From: Candidatus Nitrospira inopinata
Lineage (GTDB): Bacteria; Nitrospirota; Nitrospiria; Nitrospirales; Nitrospiraceae
DNA length: 32,000 nucleotides
Assembly: GCF_001458695.1 (NCBI RefSeq)
Contig: NZ_LN885086.1
Location: 3,030,001 to 3,062,000 of the forward strand
Direction of reading: 5' to 3'
Positions 1 through 9,817 of the stretch are shown here, piece after piece. A program made the translations under genes and the position numbers. Under the pieces are notes generated by a model. It worked only from the letters and a program-made list of their open reading frames with translations, made no database searches and was not told where the DNA came from. Position 1 is the stretch's first letter, and each line of letters opens with the position of its first letter.

Positions 1-525
1 CGCCAGTCTCTCGCCCATCGTCCGTTCCTCATCCGGCGAGACGGTCAGCGCCGGAACCATCGGCTCTCCGTTCAGCCCCAGCGGTTTGAGCAGGTTCCAG
101 TAATAGGCGACTTGATGAACAGGTTTCCCAAGGTCCGGAACCGCGACCGGATCGGTCAGAAACATGGCGCGCCCATCGGTGGCATACCCGTATCGGCGCG
201 GGATGCCGGCCAGCCAGGTCAGAAACGCCGCTTCGAAGGCGTTTTGAAACAACACGGCCAGATCGAATCGGTGCCGGCGCAGAGTCTCGGCGAGCGCCCA
301 TTTTCCCGAAAGGCCGGCGTGCAGACGACGGTCGTCATAGAGGACGATCCGGTCCACGCCTGCGTCACCCGAGAACAGTTCCGCGACGGAGGGCTTCGCC
401 AGCACCGTCAGTTCCGCCTGAGGAAACAACGACCGGAGCCCGCGCAACGCAGGCTCGCACATGACGGCGTCGCCGATCCAATTCGGCGCCCGCGCGACAA
501 GCCGCTTGATCGATTCCCTACGCAC
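1..525 (-). CDS. Glycosyltransferase family 9 (ADP-heptose:LPS heptosyltransferase-like), N-terminal part; C-terminus lies outside the window
   Basis: Hand translation of the minus strand in the frame ending at base 1. It starts at GTG 525-523 and reads VRRESIKRLVARAPNWIGDAVMCEPALRGLRSLFPQAELTVLAKPSVAELF...AFEAAFLTWLAGIPRRYGYA...HQVAYYWNLLKPLGL. This is the N-terminal pattern of RfaF/RfaC-type heptosyltransferases. The GTG overlaps the lpxK stop by 8 nt. It is absent from the ORF track because it has no stop inside the window. Confidence 0.75.
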   Translation of the reverse strand, partial: MRRESIKRLVARAPNWIGDAVMCEPALRGLRSLFPQAELTVLAKPSVAELFSGDAGVDRIVLYDDRRLHAGLSGKWALAETLRRHRFDLAVLFQNAFEAAFLTWLAGIPRRYGYATDGRAMFLTDPVAVPDLGKPVHQVAYYWNLLKPLGLNGEPMVPALTVSPDEERTMGERLA

Positions 526-1600
526 CGGTCTCCCGTCTTATTCCTTTTTCTTCGAGAATCAGACGTCGCAGCCGCTCCAGCCCCCGGAGGATCTCCACGC
601 GAATCCGCAACGCCCACCAGGAGTCCTCCGGCTCAAGAAAGGGCGACAATTTCCCGGCATCTTTCTCCGTCGTCAGCACCAGCTCGGCGCCAGCGGCCTT
701 CGCCTCTGATCGAACCCGGCGGACATCATCCAAGCGATAGTGATGATGATCGCCGAAGATGGTCTCGCCGGCAATCGTCACACCTGCCGCCTCGGCCGAC
801 CGGCGGAACGATTGGCCGTTGCCGATGCCGCTCACCAGCCATGCTCGTTTCCCTTGGGCCCATTCGAGCGGCCGATTCCCATCACCCCGCGCCGATACCA
901 GCGACTCCGGCCTGAACGAAACCTCGATCTCGTCGTTGAAGGTGACGCCGGCTTTCCTCAGCCGCTGATGAACTGCCTCGACGTTTTCTCGCGAATCGGC
1001 CCTCGTGACGACCACCGCCGTCGCGCGAGCCAGCCCCTCCAGCGGCTCACGCAGACGACCGGCCGGCACCAGCGCGTCGAGCCCCGCCGCATCGGTCGCA
1101 TCGACCAAGACCACGTCAACGTCCCGATGAAGTCTCCGATGTTGAAATCCATCGTCCAAGACCACGCAATCCACCTTGTGCTGCGCCAAAACCCATCGGC
1201 CCACCTCTGTTCGGTCCGCCCCTACCGCCACAATCGCGGAGGGACATCGCTTGGCGATGAGAAACGGTTCATCGCCCGCCTCCGACGGCCCGGCCAGCAA
1301 CCGAACTCCATCGGAGACCAGCAACCGATCAGCTCCTTTCATCCGTTTATAGCCACGGCTCAACACGGCGACCTTCAGCCCCTCGGCTTGCAACCATTCC
1401 GTCAGCAAGATGACGACCGGCGTTTTGCCGGTTCCGCCGACGGTGAGATTGCCCACGCTCACGACCCTGCAGGGCAATCGGGACGGCGTCGCCCGGCCGA
1501 GTCGATACCACCAGCCGTGCGATCGCACGAGCAGGCCATAGAAAAACGCGGCCCATCGAAGCCACGTCCGGACCGGTTGTCCGGGCTGCAAGAGCGCCAT
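518..1600 (-). CDS. lpxK: Tetraacyldisaccharide 4'-kinase
   Basis: 360 aa ORF with an N-terminal hydrophobic segment followed by the LpxK P-loop VGNLTVGGTGKTP. It sits in a lipid A gene cluster. Confidence 0.9.
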   Translation of the reverse strand: MALLQPGQPVRTWLRWAAFFYGLLVRSHGWWYRLGRATPSRLPCRVVSVGNLTVGGTGKTPVVILLTEWLQAEGLKVAVLSRGYKRMKGADRLLVSDGVRLLAGPSEAGDEPFLIAKRCPSAIVAVGADRTEVGRWVLAQHKVDCVVLDDGFQHRRLHRDVDVVLVDATDAAGLDALVPAGRLREPLEGLARATAVVVTRADSRENVEAVHQRLRKAGVTFNDEIEVSFRPESLVSARGDGNRPLEWAQGKRAWLVSGIGNGQSFRRSAEAAGVTIAGETIFGDHHHYRLDDVRRVRSEAKAAGAELVLTTEKDAGKLSPFLEPEDSWWALRIRVEILRGLERLRRLILEEKGIRRETGA

Positions 1601-1773
1601 ATCAGCTCGGCGTCTCCCCGGCCATTACAACGCACCGACCGAGCGCCTGAAGGTCGCCGCGCACGTCCCTTCTTGGATTCATCTCCCTTGCCCACGTTCC
1701 GAGTGGCTTGACGACGTTCTCCTTCAACGAGCAACCGATACTCGACGTTTTGATGACTCCTTCGCCCTACAGG

Positions 1774-3090
1774 TCACGAAGGCCGGAGGGAACGGTGCGA
1801 TGTCTCTATGGCGTTGAAGCACGATTCGATCAAGTCCAGTGTTCGTTGCAGAGCGCCTTGATTGTCCGACACGACGCGCCGCGCGGCCCCTCCGACGCGC
1901 TCGCGGGCATGGGGATCGGCAAGCCATTCGCCGCACACACGCACCAATTCTTCCACGTCTCTTACACGCCGGCCTCCTCCCGCTTCTTCCAACATGGTCG
2001 CCACTTCCGCGCAATGATCGGTATAAGGTCCGAAAAGAACCGGTTTTCCCCAAGCCGCCGGCTCCAGCAAATTATGGCCCCCGACCGGCACCAAGGTACC
2101 GCCCACGAACGCCACCGTCGCTTCACGGTAGGCGCGGGCCAGCTCCCCCCTCGTATCCAAGATGACGACCCGTGGCCCCCGTCCCTTTTGTTCGATTCGG
2201 CTTTTCCGTTGAACCGTGAAACCGGCGTCGCGAATCATGGATTCGACCCGCTCCACCCGCTCGATATGTCGCGGCGCCAGCATCAACACGACCGATGGAT
2301 CCGCCTCGACAATCCGGCGATAGGCCGCGACGAGCATTTCCTCCTCGCCCGCGTGGGTGCTGCCGGCCAAGATCAGCCTGTCCGACTGATTCAATCCAAA
2401 GCGCCGTTCCGACGCCTCGCCGTCTTCCCCGGCTGGAAGCGGTTGATCGAACTTGATATTGCCGGTCGTATGCACGCGAGACGGATCGGCGCCCAGCGCG
2501 ACAATTCGTTGTCGATCCCGATCGGCTTGCATCAAACACAGGGTGATCGACCGGATAACGGATCGATAGAACGAGCGAACGGCGCCCCTATTTTGTCGAT
2601 CAAACGAGCGGGACGACAATCGGCCGTTCACCAGGATCGTCGGAATGCGCCGGTCGTTCAACGTCCAAAGCACGTTGGGCCACAACTCCGTTTCAACGAA
2701 CAGGTAGAGCGAAGGCCGCAGCCGATTCACCATGCCCGAGACCGCCCACGGAAAATCCAGCGGCGCGTACCGATGCTCCGCCACGCCGGCCAACCGTTGC
2801 TCGACCGCCTCGCGCCCGGTCTCCGTCACGGTCGTCACGATATAGCAAAGCTCCGGATGACGTTCCCGCAACGCCTTGACGAGCGGAGCGGCCGCGACCG
2901 CTTCTCCCAGCGACACCGCGTGCACCCAGACGACCGGTCGATCCCGTTGCTCTTTATCGGACGGATGGGCTTGCCAGCCCATTCTTTGGAGAAACCCTCG
3001 TCGGCATCGGGGCTTCGCCAACAGCAGGCCGACGACGATCGGCGTTGCGATCAAGAGACCGATGTTATAGAGAACGCGCCACATGACCAC
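1774..3090 (-). CDS. waaA: 3-deoxy-D-manno-octulosonic acid (Kdo) transferase
   Basis: 438 aa with an N-terminal TM helix and the VWVHAVSLGE signature of GT30 Kdo transferases. GTG start at 3090 has GAGGAG 9 nt upstream; an ATG at 3084 is an alternative start. Confidence 0.9.
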   Translation of the reverse strand: MVMWRVLYNIGLLIATPIVVGLLLAKPRCRRGFLQRMGWQAHPSDKEQRDRPVVWVHAVSLGEAVAAAPLVKALRERHPELCYIVTTVTETGREAVEQRLAGVAEHRYAPLDFPWAVSGMVNRLRPSLYLFVETELWPNVLWTLNDRRIPTILVNGRLSSRSFDRQNRGAVRSFYRSVIRSITLCLMQADRDRQRIVALGADPSRVHTTGNIKFDQPLPAGEDGEASERRFGLNQSDRLILAGSTHAGEEEMLVAAYRRIVEADPSVVLMLAPRHIERVERVESMIRDAGFTVQRKSRIEQKGRGPRVVILDTRGELARAYREATVAFVGGTLVPVGGHNLLEPAAWGKPVLFGPYTDHCAEVATMLEEAGGGRRVRDVEELVRVCGEWLADPHARERVGGAARRVVSDNQGALQRTLDLIESCFNAIETSHRSLRPS

Positions 3091-3119
3091 GCCGTTGCAC
3101 TCCTCGCCTCTCCGGCACC

Positions 3120-3871
3120 TCAGACACCCGTCGAAGAATGCTCCGAATCGCCCGGCCCAGACCGACGCCCGACGCCGGTCGTCGGACGCGACACCTCTTG
3201 CTCCGCTTGATCCGTCAGGCGATTAAGCGTCGCTTCCAGCTCCAAGCGAGCGGCTTCGAGCGCCGCGTCGTCCGCCTCGCGCGAAACCCACAGGGGCTCG
3301 CCATACAGAAACAGGCCTTTGGAGAAGGGGTACGGGACCATGTATCGATCCCAGCTCGCAAAGAGTTTTTTTTTGAACAGGCGAAGGCGAGGGGGATGAT
3401 CGGCAGGCCCGTCGCCTTGGCCAACTGAATCACCCCGAGCTTCGCCTGACAGCGAGGCCCTTTGGGACCATCAGGAGTCACGACCACGTCCCGGCCCGAT
3501 CGGCCCAGCTTGATCAACGCGCGAAGCGCGGCGGCGCCTCCGCGCGTGCTCGACCCTCGCACCGACTCATGGCCGAACCGGGCGATAATACGGGCGATGA
3601 TTTCTCCGTCTCCATGTTGGCTGATCAACACGTGAGACCCAGCCCCCCGGTAGCCCATCGGGATCATCAACTGTTGGGCGTGCCAAAAGGCGAGCACGAT
3701 GCGACGTCCTTCCCGGTACAGGGCATCGACCGTCTCATGGCCCCTGGTCTCGCAGCTCATGGTCCGGAACAGGATTCGGATCAAGGCGGCCGCGACCGGC
3801 GGCAACAGCGAACAGGCCGCCCACCGTCCCAGCCGCTTTCGGAGGCCGGTCTTCTTCTCTCCTTTCAACAC
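3120..3871 (-). CDS. DUF374 / lysophospholipid-acyltransferase-family protein, read in two frames (apparent frameshift in an A9 run at 3366-3374)
   Basis: ORF 3215-3871 carries the DUF374-like motifs FWHAQQL, SQHGDGE, RGSSTRGG and VTPDGPKGP, then degenerates after ...AFACSKK. The ORF in the other frame (3120-3341) reads MVPYPFSKGLFLYGEPLWVSREADDAALEAARLELEATLNRL, the expected C-terminus of this family. Adding one A to the run joins them as ...ACSKKKLFASWDRYMVPYPFSKG... Confidence 0.8.
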
Positions 3872-5634
3872 TCCGCCCTCATCATCCGTTCGTGCGCCGC
3901 CGCGTCCTGGAACTGCATGGTGTAAAGGCGATGGTACATCCCTCTCCGCCGCAACAGTTCCTCATGGGTCCCCATTTCCACGATCGAGCCGCGATCCAAC
4001 ACGACGATGCGATCCGCGTTTTGGACCGTCGAAAGCCGATGCGCGATGACTAACGTCGTGCGATTTTTCATCAAATTCGTCAAGGCCAGTTGCACCATCC
4101 GCTCGGATTCCGTATCCAAGGCCGACGTGGCTTCATCCAGAATCAACAGGGGCGGATCCCGCAGAATCGCCCGAGCGATCGCCAGCCGCTGCCGTTCGCC
4201 GCCCGACAATTTGACGCCCCGCTCGCCGATGACCGTATCGTAGCCTTGGGGAAGACGCAGGATGAAGTCGTGGGCATAGGCCGCCTTGGCCGCCTCTTCG
4301 ATCTCGGCCATCGTCGCATCCGTTCGTCCGAACGCCAGGTTGTTCCTCACGGTGTCGTCGAACAAGACGACGTCTTGGGAGACGATGCCGATCTTCGCGC
4401 GCAGCGACCGCAACTGGTAGTCAGCGAGCGGCCGGCCGTCCAGCAGAATCCGGCCGGCAGTCGGCTCATAAAATCTCGGCAACAAACTGATCAGCGTCGT
4501 TTTGCCGCTCCCGCTGCTTCCGACCAACGCCACCATCTCGCCGGCCTTGACCGACAGATCGATCCCGTTGAGAGCCGGCACGGCGTGGTCGTCGTAGCGC
4601 AGCGAGACGTCTTGAAACTCGAGGCCCCGATCGATTTTCTCCAACGGAACGGCGTCCTGCTCATGCAATCGCTCCGTGGGGAGATCCATGACGTCATAGA
4701 CCCGCTCGGCCGCCGCCAACGCCTGCTGAATGATGTTATTGGCTCCGGACAACTTGCGGATCGGCGTATAGGCCATCAGCATCGCCGCCATGAAGGAAAA
4801 CAAAGCGCCCGGCGTCATATCGCCGTGGATGACCAGATACCCGCCGTACCAAATGATTCCCGCCACTCCGATCACGCCGATCACTTCCATGTGCGACGAC
4901 CCGATCGACCACACTTGATTCGCCTTGAGCGTGGTCCCCAGGAACGCCCTGTTGTATTCCTTGAACCGCGCCGCTTCCGCGTCCTCGCGCCCGAACGCCT
5001 TGACCATTCGAATGCCGGCCAACGTCTCTTGCAACATCGACGACAGATCCCCCATCTGCTCTTGCCCGCTCGTCGCCAACCGCCGCAACCGCTTGCCGAC
5101 CCGCACCATCGTCACCGCCGACAGGGGAATGACGACGGCCGAGATGGCCGCCAACTTCCAGTTCTGATAGAAAATCACGGCCACCATGGCCAGAAACGTC
5201 AGGACATGCTGAAAAATATCCTTCAGCACGTTCGACGCCGCGCTCGCCATCAGGCCGACGTCATTGACCACCCGCGACACCAACCGTCCCGACGTGTTCG
5301 TGTCGTGAAACCCGACCGGCAGACGGACCAAATGCCGGACCAGTTCCTGCCTGATATCCGCGACGACGCGATTCGTCACATAGGCCATCAAATAGCCGAC
5401 GCCGTAGCTGAAAAGCGCCTTCAAGACCGCCACCCCCATCAAGGCCACGGGGAGAATCAGCCACAGGCGCTCGTTCTTTTCGATAAAGATCCCGTCCAGC
5501 ACCGGCTTCGCGAGCCACGCATAGACCCCGCTCAGCAGGGCGACCATGCCCGAACAGGCCAACGCCCCGATGAATCGGCCCCGATAGGGCTTCACGTAGC
5601 GCATGAGGCGCTTAAAACGATCTATGCCCGACAT
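3865..5634 (-). CDS. msbA: Lipid A export ABC transporter, fused permease/ATPase
   Basis: 589 aa with an N-terminal six-helix ABC exporter domain. Walker A GSSGSGKTT, ABC signature LSGGERQR, Walker B LLILDEATSALD. Located between lpxB and waaA. Confidence 0.9.
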   Translation of the reverse strand: MSGIDRFKRLMRYVKPYRGRFIGALACSGMVALLSGVYAWLAKPVLDGIFIEKNERLWLILPVALMGVAVLKALFSYGVGYLMAYVTNRVVADIRQELVRHLVRLPVGFHDTNTSGRLVSRVVNDVGLMASAASNVLKDIFQHVLTFLAMVAVIFYQNWKLAAISAVVIPLSAVTMVRVGKRLRRLATSGQEQMGDLSSMLQETLAGIRMVKAFGREDAEAARFKEYNRAFLGTTLKANQVWSIGSSHMEVIGVIGVAGIIWYGGYLVIHGDMTPGALFSFMAAMLMAYTPIRKLSGANNIIQQALAAAERVYDVMDLPTERLHEQDAVPLEKIDRGLEFQDVSLRYDDHAVPALNGIDLSVKAGEMVALVGSSGSGKTTLISLLPRFYEPTAGRILLDGRPLADYQLRSLRAKIGIVSQDVVLFDDTVRNNLAFGRTDATMAEIEEAAKAAYAHDFILRLPQGYDTVIGERGVKLSGGERQRLAIARAILRDPPLLILDEATSALDTESERMVQLALTNLMKNRTTLVIAHRLSTVQNADRIVVLDRGSIVEMGTHEELLRRRGMYHRLYTMQFQDAAAHERMMRAEC

Positions 5635-6752
5635 GACGCCAACACCACCTCCGCGGCCCTGAGCGACGCGCCGGGCTCGCCCAACGCCGCGCGCACCTTC
5701 GCCAAGCCGCGCTTCATTTCATCATAGGCGGATCGATCTTCCAAGAGGCGTCGGGCCTCCTCGTACAATCGCTGGCCGGTCGCATCCGATTGAATCAGCT
5801 CCGGCACGACGGTCCGCTCCGCGACCAAATTCACCAACCCGATCCATCGAACCCGGATGAGAAAAAACGCCAACCAGAACGTCAGCGCGCTGGTCCGATA
5901 CACCAAAATCAGCGGCGTGCCGATCACCGCGGCCTGAAGCGTCGCGGTTCCCGACGCGATCCACGCCAGATCCGCCGCCGCCATGACGTCACCGGCCCGT
6001 CCCTTGACGACCTGGACGGAAACCGAGCTTTTTTGCAGCAGGGACTGAAGCAGATGATCTTCGATCGTGGGAGCCTGCGCCAACAGAAACCGCGCACGAG
6101 GCTCCCGTTGAGCCAATTTTTCGGCGGCTTCGATCAGGACCGGCAAAAGCAGCTCCACTTCCCTCTTTCGGCTCCCCGGCAGCAGCGCGATGACCGGACC
6201 GTCAGGAGCCAAAGCGAACGACTTGCGAAGCTCTTCACGATCGTGCCGAAAGGCGACGGCGTCCAACAAGGGATGGCCGACGAACGTGCAGGGGATCTTG
6301 GCTTGATCATAAATGGCCTTTTCAAACGGCAGCACGACCAGCACGTGATCGACCCGCCGTTTGATCCAATGAATACGTCCCGGTCTCCAGGCCCAGACTT
6401 GCGGCGCGATATAGTAGAACACGCGCAGCCCCGCCGCCTTGGCGAAATAGGCGTACCGCAAGTTCAATCCCGGATGATCGATGAACACCACCGCGTCCCA
6501 GGGCTCCGACCTGAACAATCGACGAACCGCCCAAAAGCGCCGGAGGACCCCCAGCACCATGAGCGGGCCGACCATGCCGATCACGTCGAAACGGCCGGAC
6601 TCGCCCACCAATCGAACCCCGGCGTCCCTCATCGCCGCCCCCCCGATGCCCGCCAACACCACGTCGGGATCGCGCGCTCTCAACGCCTTGGCAAGATTCG
6701 CCCCGTGAAGATCGCCGGAGGCCTCGCCGGTCACGATGAGAATGCGCGGCAT
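5622..6752 (-). CDS. lpxB: Lipid-A-disaccharide synthase
   Basis: MPRILIVTGEASGDLHGANL is a typical LpxB N-terminus. The track ORF begins at a TTG (6794) 14 codons upstream, adding a non-conserved-looking extension, so I prefer the ATG at 6752. The stop overlaps the msbA start by 13 nt. Confidence 0.88.
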   Translation of the reverse strand: MPRILIVTGEASGDLHGANLAKALRARDPDVVLAGIGGAAMRDAGVRLVGESGRFDVIGMVGPLMVLGVLRRFWAVRRLFRSEPWDAVVFIDHPGLNLRYAYFAKAAGLRVFYYIAPQVWAWRPGRIHWIKRRVDHVLVVLPFEKAIYDQAKIPCTFVGHPLLDAVAFRHDREELRKSFALAPDGPVIALLPGSRKREVELLLPVLIEAAEKLAQREPRARFLLAQAPTIEDHLLQSLLQKSSVSVQVVKGRAGDVMAAADLAWIASGTATLQAAVIGTPLILVYRTSALTFWLAFFLIRVRWIGLVNLVAERTVVPELIQSDATGQRLYEEARRLLEDRSAYDEMKRGLAKVRAALGEPGASLRAAEVVLASCRA

Positions 6753-6958
6753 GACGTCACCGCCTGGTGCAGTTGCGCCCGATTCGTCGTTCAAGATGCG
6801 TGATACAGGACGACTGCCGAGTTCGGAGCTTCACGCCGCGGGTTTCTCATTCATGTTCGAAGATGAGGCTTCGAGCCGCTTGAAAGGCGAACGCCCAAAA
6901 CCGGAACCCCCTTAACCGGGCCCTTACCTGTAACTTCTTGGCCTGGACGAGATCCGCT

Positions 6959-7963
6959 TCATTTGCGGACGCCCGCCGCGTCTCCTATTCCGACGTCTCC
7001 TTCCGATGTCTCCCGTTCCTCCTGACGCCGGACGAACGACGCGATCGCCGCCAAGACCTGATGAGCAAGGGCCACCGCCGCGGCCCCGTCTTCTCCGGAC
7101 ACGACGGGGGAAGAGCCGTGTCTGATCGACCGAACAAACGATTCGAGCTGCAACTTCAGAGGCTCGTCGTCGCCTCCTTTGTATTCCTCGATCACAAATC
7201 CCGGTTTGCCCGCCGCCTCGCCGGATCGGCGTCCCACGATCCCTTGTCGGGATTGAAAATCGATCGACACGTAGCTGTCCCGCTGAAACAGGCGAAGCCG
7301 CCGCATCTTCGCAAACGACACCCGGCTGGCGGTGAGGTTCGCCACGCAACCGCTTTGAAATTGAATGCGGGCATTGGCGATGTCGATCGTGGGCGACAGG
7401 ACCGGCACGCCCGCGGCCCGCACCTCTTCGACCGGACCCGGCCGAAAGGACAGCACCAGGTCGAGGTCGTGGATCATCAAGTCCAGCACGACGTCGACGT
7501 CGGTTCCCCGTTCGCTGTAGGGACCGATCCGATGACCTTCGATGAACGCCGGCCGCCGAACGTACGGCCGCATCGTTTGCATGATGGGATTGAACCGTTC
7601 GCTGTGGCCGACCTGCAGCACACGTCCCTTCGCCTTGGCCAGCTCGACCAGCTCTTGCGCCTCGGCCAGTCGCGCGGCAAGGGGTTTTTCCACCAACACG
7701 TGCTTGCCCGCTTCAAGACAAGCCCGCGCCACCTCGTAATGCGCCGACGTCGGAACGGCCACACTGACCACGTCGACGCCCGGAAGAAGATCCGATACCG
7801 TTTCGAATACTCGCGCGCCGTGCCGGCTTGCGATCAACTCGGCTCTTCCACGGTCCCGATCCGTCACGCCGACGAGCGTCACGTCCGGCAGCGTCGCGTA
7901 CAACCGGGCATGGTGTTGACCCAAATGCCCGACGCCGACGACTCCCGCTCGCAATGTGGTCAT
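6959..7963 (-). CDS. Gfo/Idh/MocA-family NAD(P)-dependent oxidoreductase
   Basis: 334 aa with the N-terminal Rossmann motif AGVVGVGHLGQHH and an EKP motif (VLVEKPLA), as in Gfo/Idh/MocA enzymes. Embedded between lpxI and lpxB. Confidence 0.85.
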   Translation of the reverse strand: MTTLRAGVVGVGHLGQHHARLYATLPDVTLVGVTDRDRGRAELIASRHGARVFETVSDLLPGVDVVSVAVPTSAHYEVARACLEAGKHVLVEKPLAARLAEAQELVELAKAKGRVLQVGHSERFNPIMQTMRPYVRRPAFIEGHRIGPYSERGTDVDVVLDLMIHDLDLVLSFRPGPVEEVRAAGVPVLSPTIDIANARIQFQSGCVANLTASRVSFAKMRRLRLFQRDSYVSIDFQSRQGIVGRRSGEAAGKPGFVIEEYKGGDDEPLKLQLESFVRSIRHGSSPVVSGEDGAAAVALAHQVLAAIASFVRRQEERETSEGDVGIGDAAGVRK

Positions 7964-8057
7964 ATTCCCGTTCGCTCACGAGACGAGCGCGCCTCGAACC
8001 ACGCCGCTTGCCATGGAAACCTGAACTGCCCGTTCGACCGGACGCCCGCCCCCTGTT

Positions 8058-8909
8058 TCATGCCTCGCGCTCGACGTCGCCGGCCGCCACACCGATGACC
8101 GCAATCCTGGCCCGTTCCGCTTGACGCACAAGCTCGTCCCGATCCAACACCACCGTCCGACCCGGTTCGACCGCCAGCACGGCCGCCTTGACCGATGCCA
8201 TGACCTCGATCGTCCGGGGCCCGACCGCCGGCAGGTCGAAACGCAAGTCCTGCTGCGGCTTGCTGCGTTTGATCACCACGGCTCCTTCTTTCGCCAGCTC
8301 CCCGCCCCGTTTGATCGCCCCGTCGGTTCCCTCGACCGCTTCCACCGCCACGACCACCCGATCCTTGACCACGACGCATTGGCCGATATCGAGGCGCCCG
8401 ACCTCTTTGGCGATTTCCCACCCGTACCGGATGTCGTTCCACTCCTTCTTGTTGGGACGGCGGGACGTCAGCGGGCCTTCCTCGACCAGAATCCCCTGCA
8501 AGCCGAACGTGGACTCACAAATGGAAATGCCTTCCCGCTCCAATTCGGCGGCGATTTCCCGAAGGATGTCGTCGTCCTTCCACAACGTCAGCCGAGCCGC
8601 CAACGCCAACGCACGAAAATCCGGGCGCACGGTACTGTACACATGAGTCTTCCTGATCCCGCCCAACATCACCGCCTGTCGAATGGCGTCCCCCTTGAAA
8701 GCGTTGATCAGCTTATTGAGCTGTCCGATCTTGATCCAATGGATTCGATCGACGTGCCGTTCCAGTTCCGGCTCCGTTTCGCCCTCGTGCGCCACCGCGG
8801 AGACGAACAAGCCCATCTTTTTGGCGTTGTCCGCGAAAATGATCGGAAACCGGCCGTTGCCCGCGATCAAACCGATGCGGCCGTCTTGCACTGGCATCGA
8901 TGCGGTCAT
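8058..8909 (-). CDS. lpxI: UDP-2,3-diacylglucosamine diphosphatase LpxI (DUF1009)
   Basis: 283 aa with RIGLIAGNGRFP near the N-terminus and AVEAVEGTDGAIKRGG, resembling the LpxI/DUF1009 family. It sits immediately downstream of lpxA, as in other lpxI-type clusters. Confidence 0.8.
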   Translation of the reverse strand: MTASMPVQDGRIGLIAGNGRFPIIFADNAKKMGLFVSAVAHEGETEPELERHVDRIHWIKIGQLNKLINAFKGDAIRQAVMLGGIRKTHVYSTVRPDFRALALAARLTLWKDDDILREIAAELEREGISICESTFGLQGILVEEGPLTSRRPNKKEWNDIRYGWEIAKEVGRLDIGQCVVVKDRVVVAVEAVEGTDGAIKRGGELAKEGAVVIKRSKPQQDLRFDLPAVGPRTIEVMASVKAAVLAVEPGRTVVLDRDELVRQAERARIAVIGVAAGDVEREA

Positions 8910-8921
8910 ATCGGAATCGTC

Positions 8922-9740
8922 TCACCCCTCTTGATCGAACTCGAGGTCCAAATCGACGTTCACCACGCGTGAGATGCCGCGCTTGGTGCCTTCCATGAAC
9001 GTCAGGATTTTGGCCACGTCCGGATGGCCCTTGAACTCTTTCTTGGCCAGGCGCATCGCCTCGGCGATGCGATGTCCTTCCCGAAAAAGGAGATCGAACG
9101 CTTTCCTGAGCACGGCGATGCGCTCCATCGAAAAACCGTGCCGCTGCAATCCGACCGTATTGGGCCCGTAGAGATGCGCCCGATAGCCGCCGGCCGCCCG
9201 CATGAAGGGGGGCACGTCCTGCCCGATGGCGCAACAGCCGCCGACCATTGCGTATTCGCCGACCCGAACGTATTGATGAATGCCCGTCAGGCCGCCGATG
9301 ATCGCGTAATCGTCGATCGTGATATGTCCGGCCAGACTGGCCGCGTTGGCCATGATGAGATGGTTACCGAGCCGGCAATCGTGCGCCACGTGAACGTAGG
9401 CCATCAAGACGTTGCGTGAACCGATCGACGTGACCCCTCCCCCTTGCACCGTCGCCCGGTTCACCGTCACGTACTCGCGGATCACGTTGTCGTCGCCGAT
9501 CACGACCTTGGTTGGTTCCCCTCGGTACCCCAGATGCTGCGGAGGACCGCCGATCGAGGCGAACGGATGCACCACGTTTCGCTCTCCGATCTCGGTCCAC
9601 CCGTCGACCGAGACGTGGGACAAGAGTCGCGTCCCTTTGCCGATCGTGACGTGCTCGCCGATGATGCAATAGGGACCGATTTCGGCGTCATCGGCGAGAT
9701 TCGCTTTGGGATGGACAATCGCCGTTGGATGAATTTTCAC
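8922..9740 (-). CDS. lpxA: Acyl-ACP:UDP-N-acetylglucosamine O-acyltransferase
   Basis: Left-handed beta-helix hexapeptide repeats from VKIHPTAIVHPKANLADDAEIGPYCIIGEHVTIG onward. GTG at 9740 is preceded by GGAGG 6 nt upstream. An ATG at 9767 is an alternative; the 374-aa track ORF reaching 10046 overlaps fabZ and is an artefact. Confidence 0.9.
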   Translation of the reverse strand: MKIHPTAIVHPKANLADDAEIGPYCIIGEHVTIGKGTRLLSHVSVDGWTEIGERNVVHPFASIGGPPQHLGYRGEPTKVVIGDDNVIREYVTVNRATVQGGGVTSIGSRNVLMAYVHVAHDCRLGNHLIMANAASLAGHITIDDYAIIGGLTGIHQYVRVGEYAMVGGCCAIGQDVPPFMRAAGGYRAHLYGPNTVGLQRHGFSMERIAVLRKAFDLLFREGHRIAEAMRLAKKEFKGHPDVAKILTFMEGTKRGISRVVNVDLDLEFDQEG

Positions 9741-9817
9741 TCCTGACCTCCGTGATGAGTGCTTCATGATGGGCAATGGGCCGGAATCCGGATGAGCGCC
9801 CGGTGACTCACCACGTC

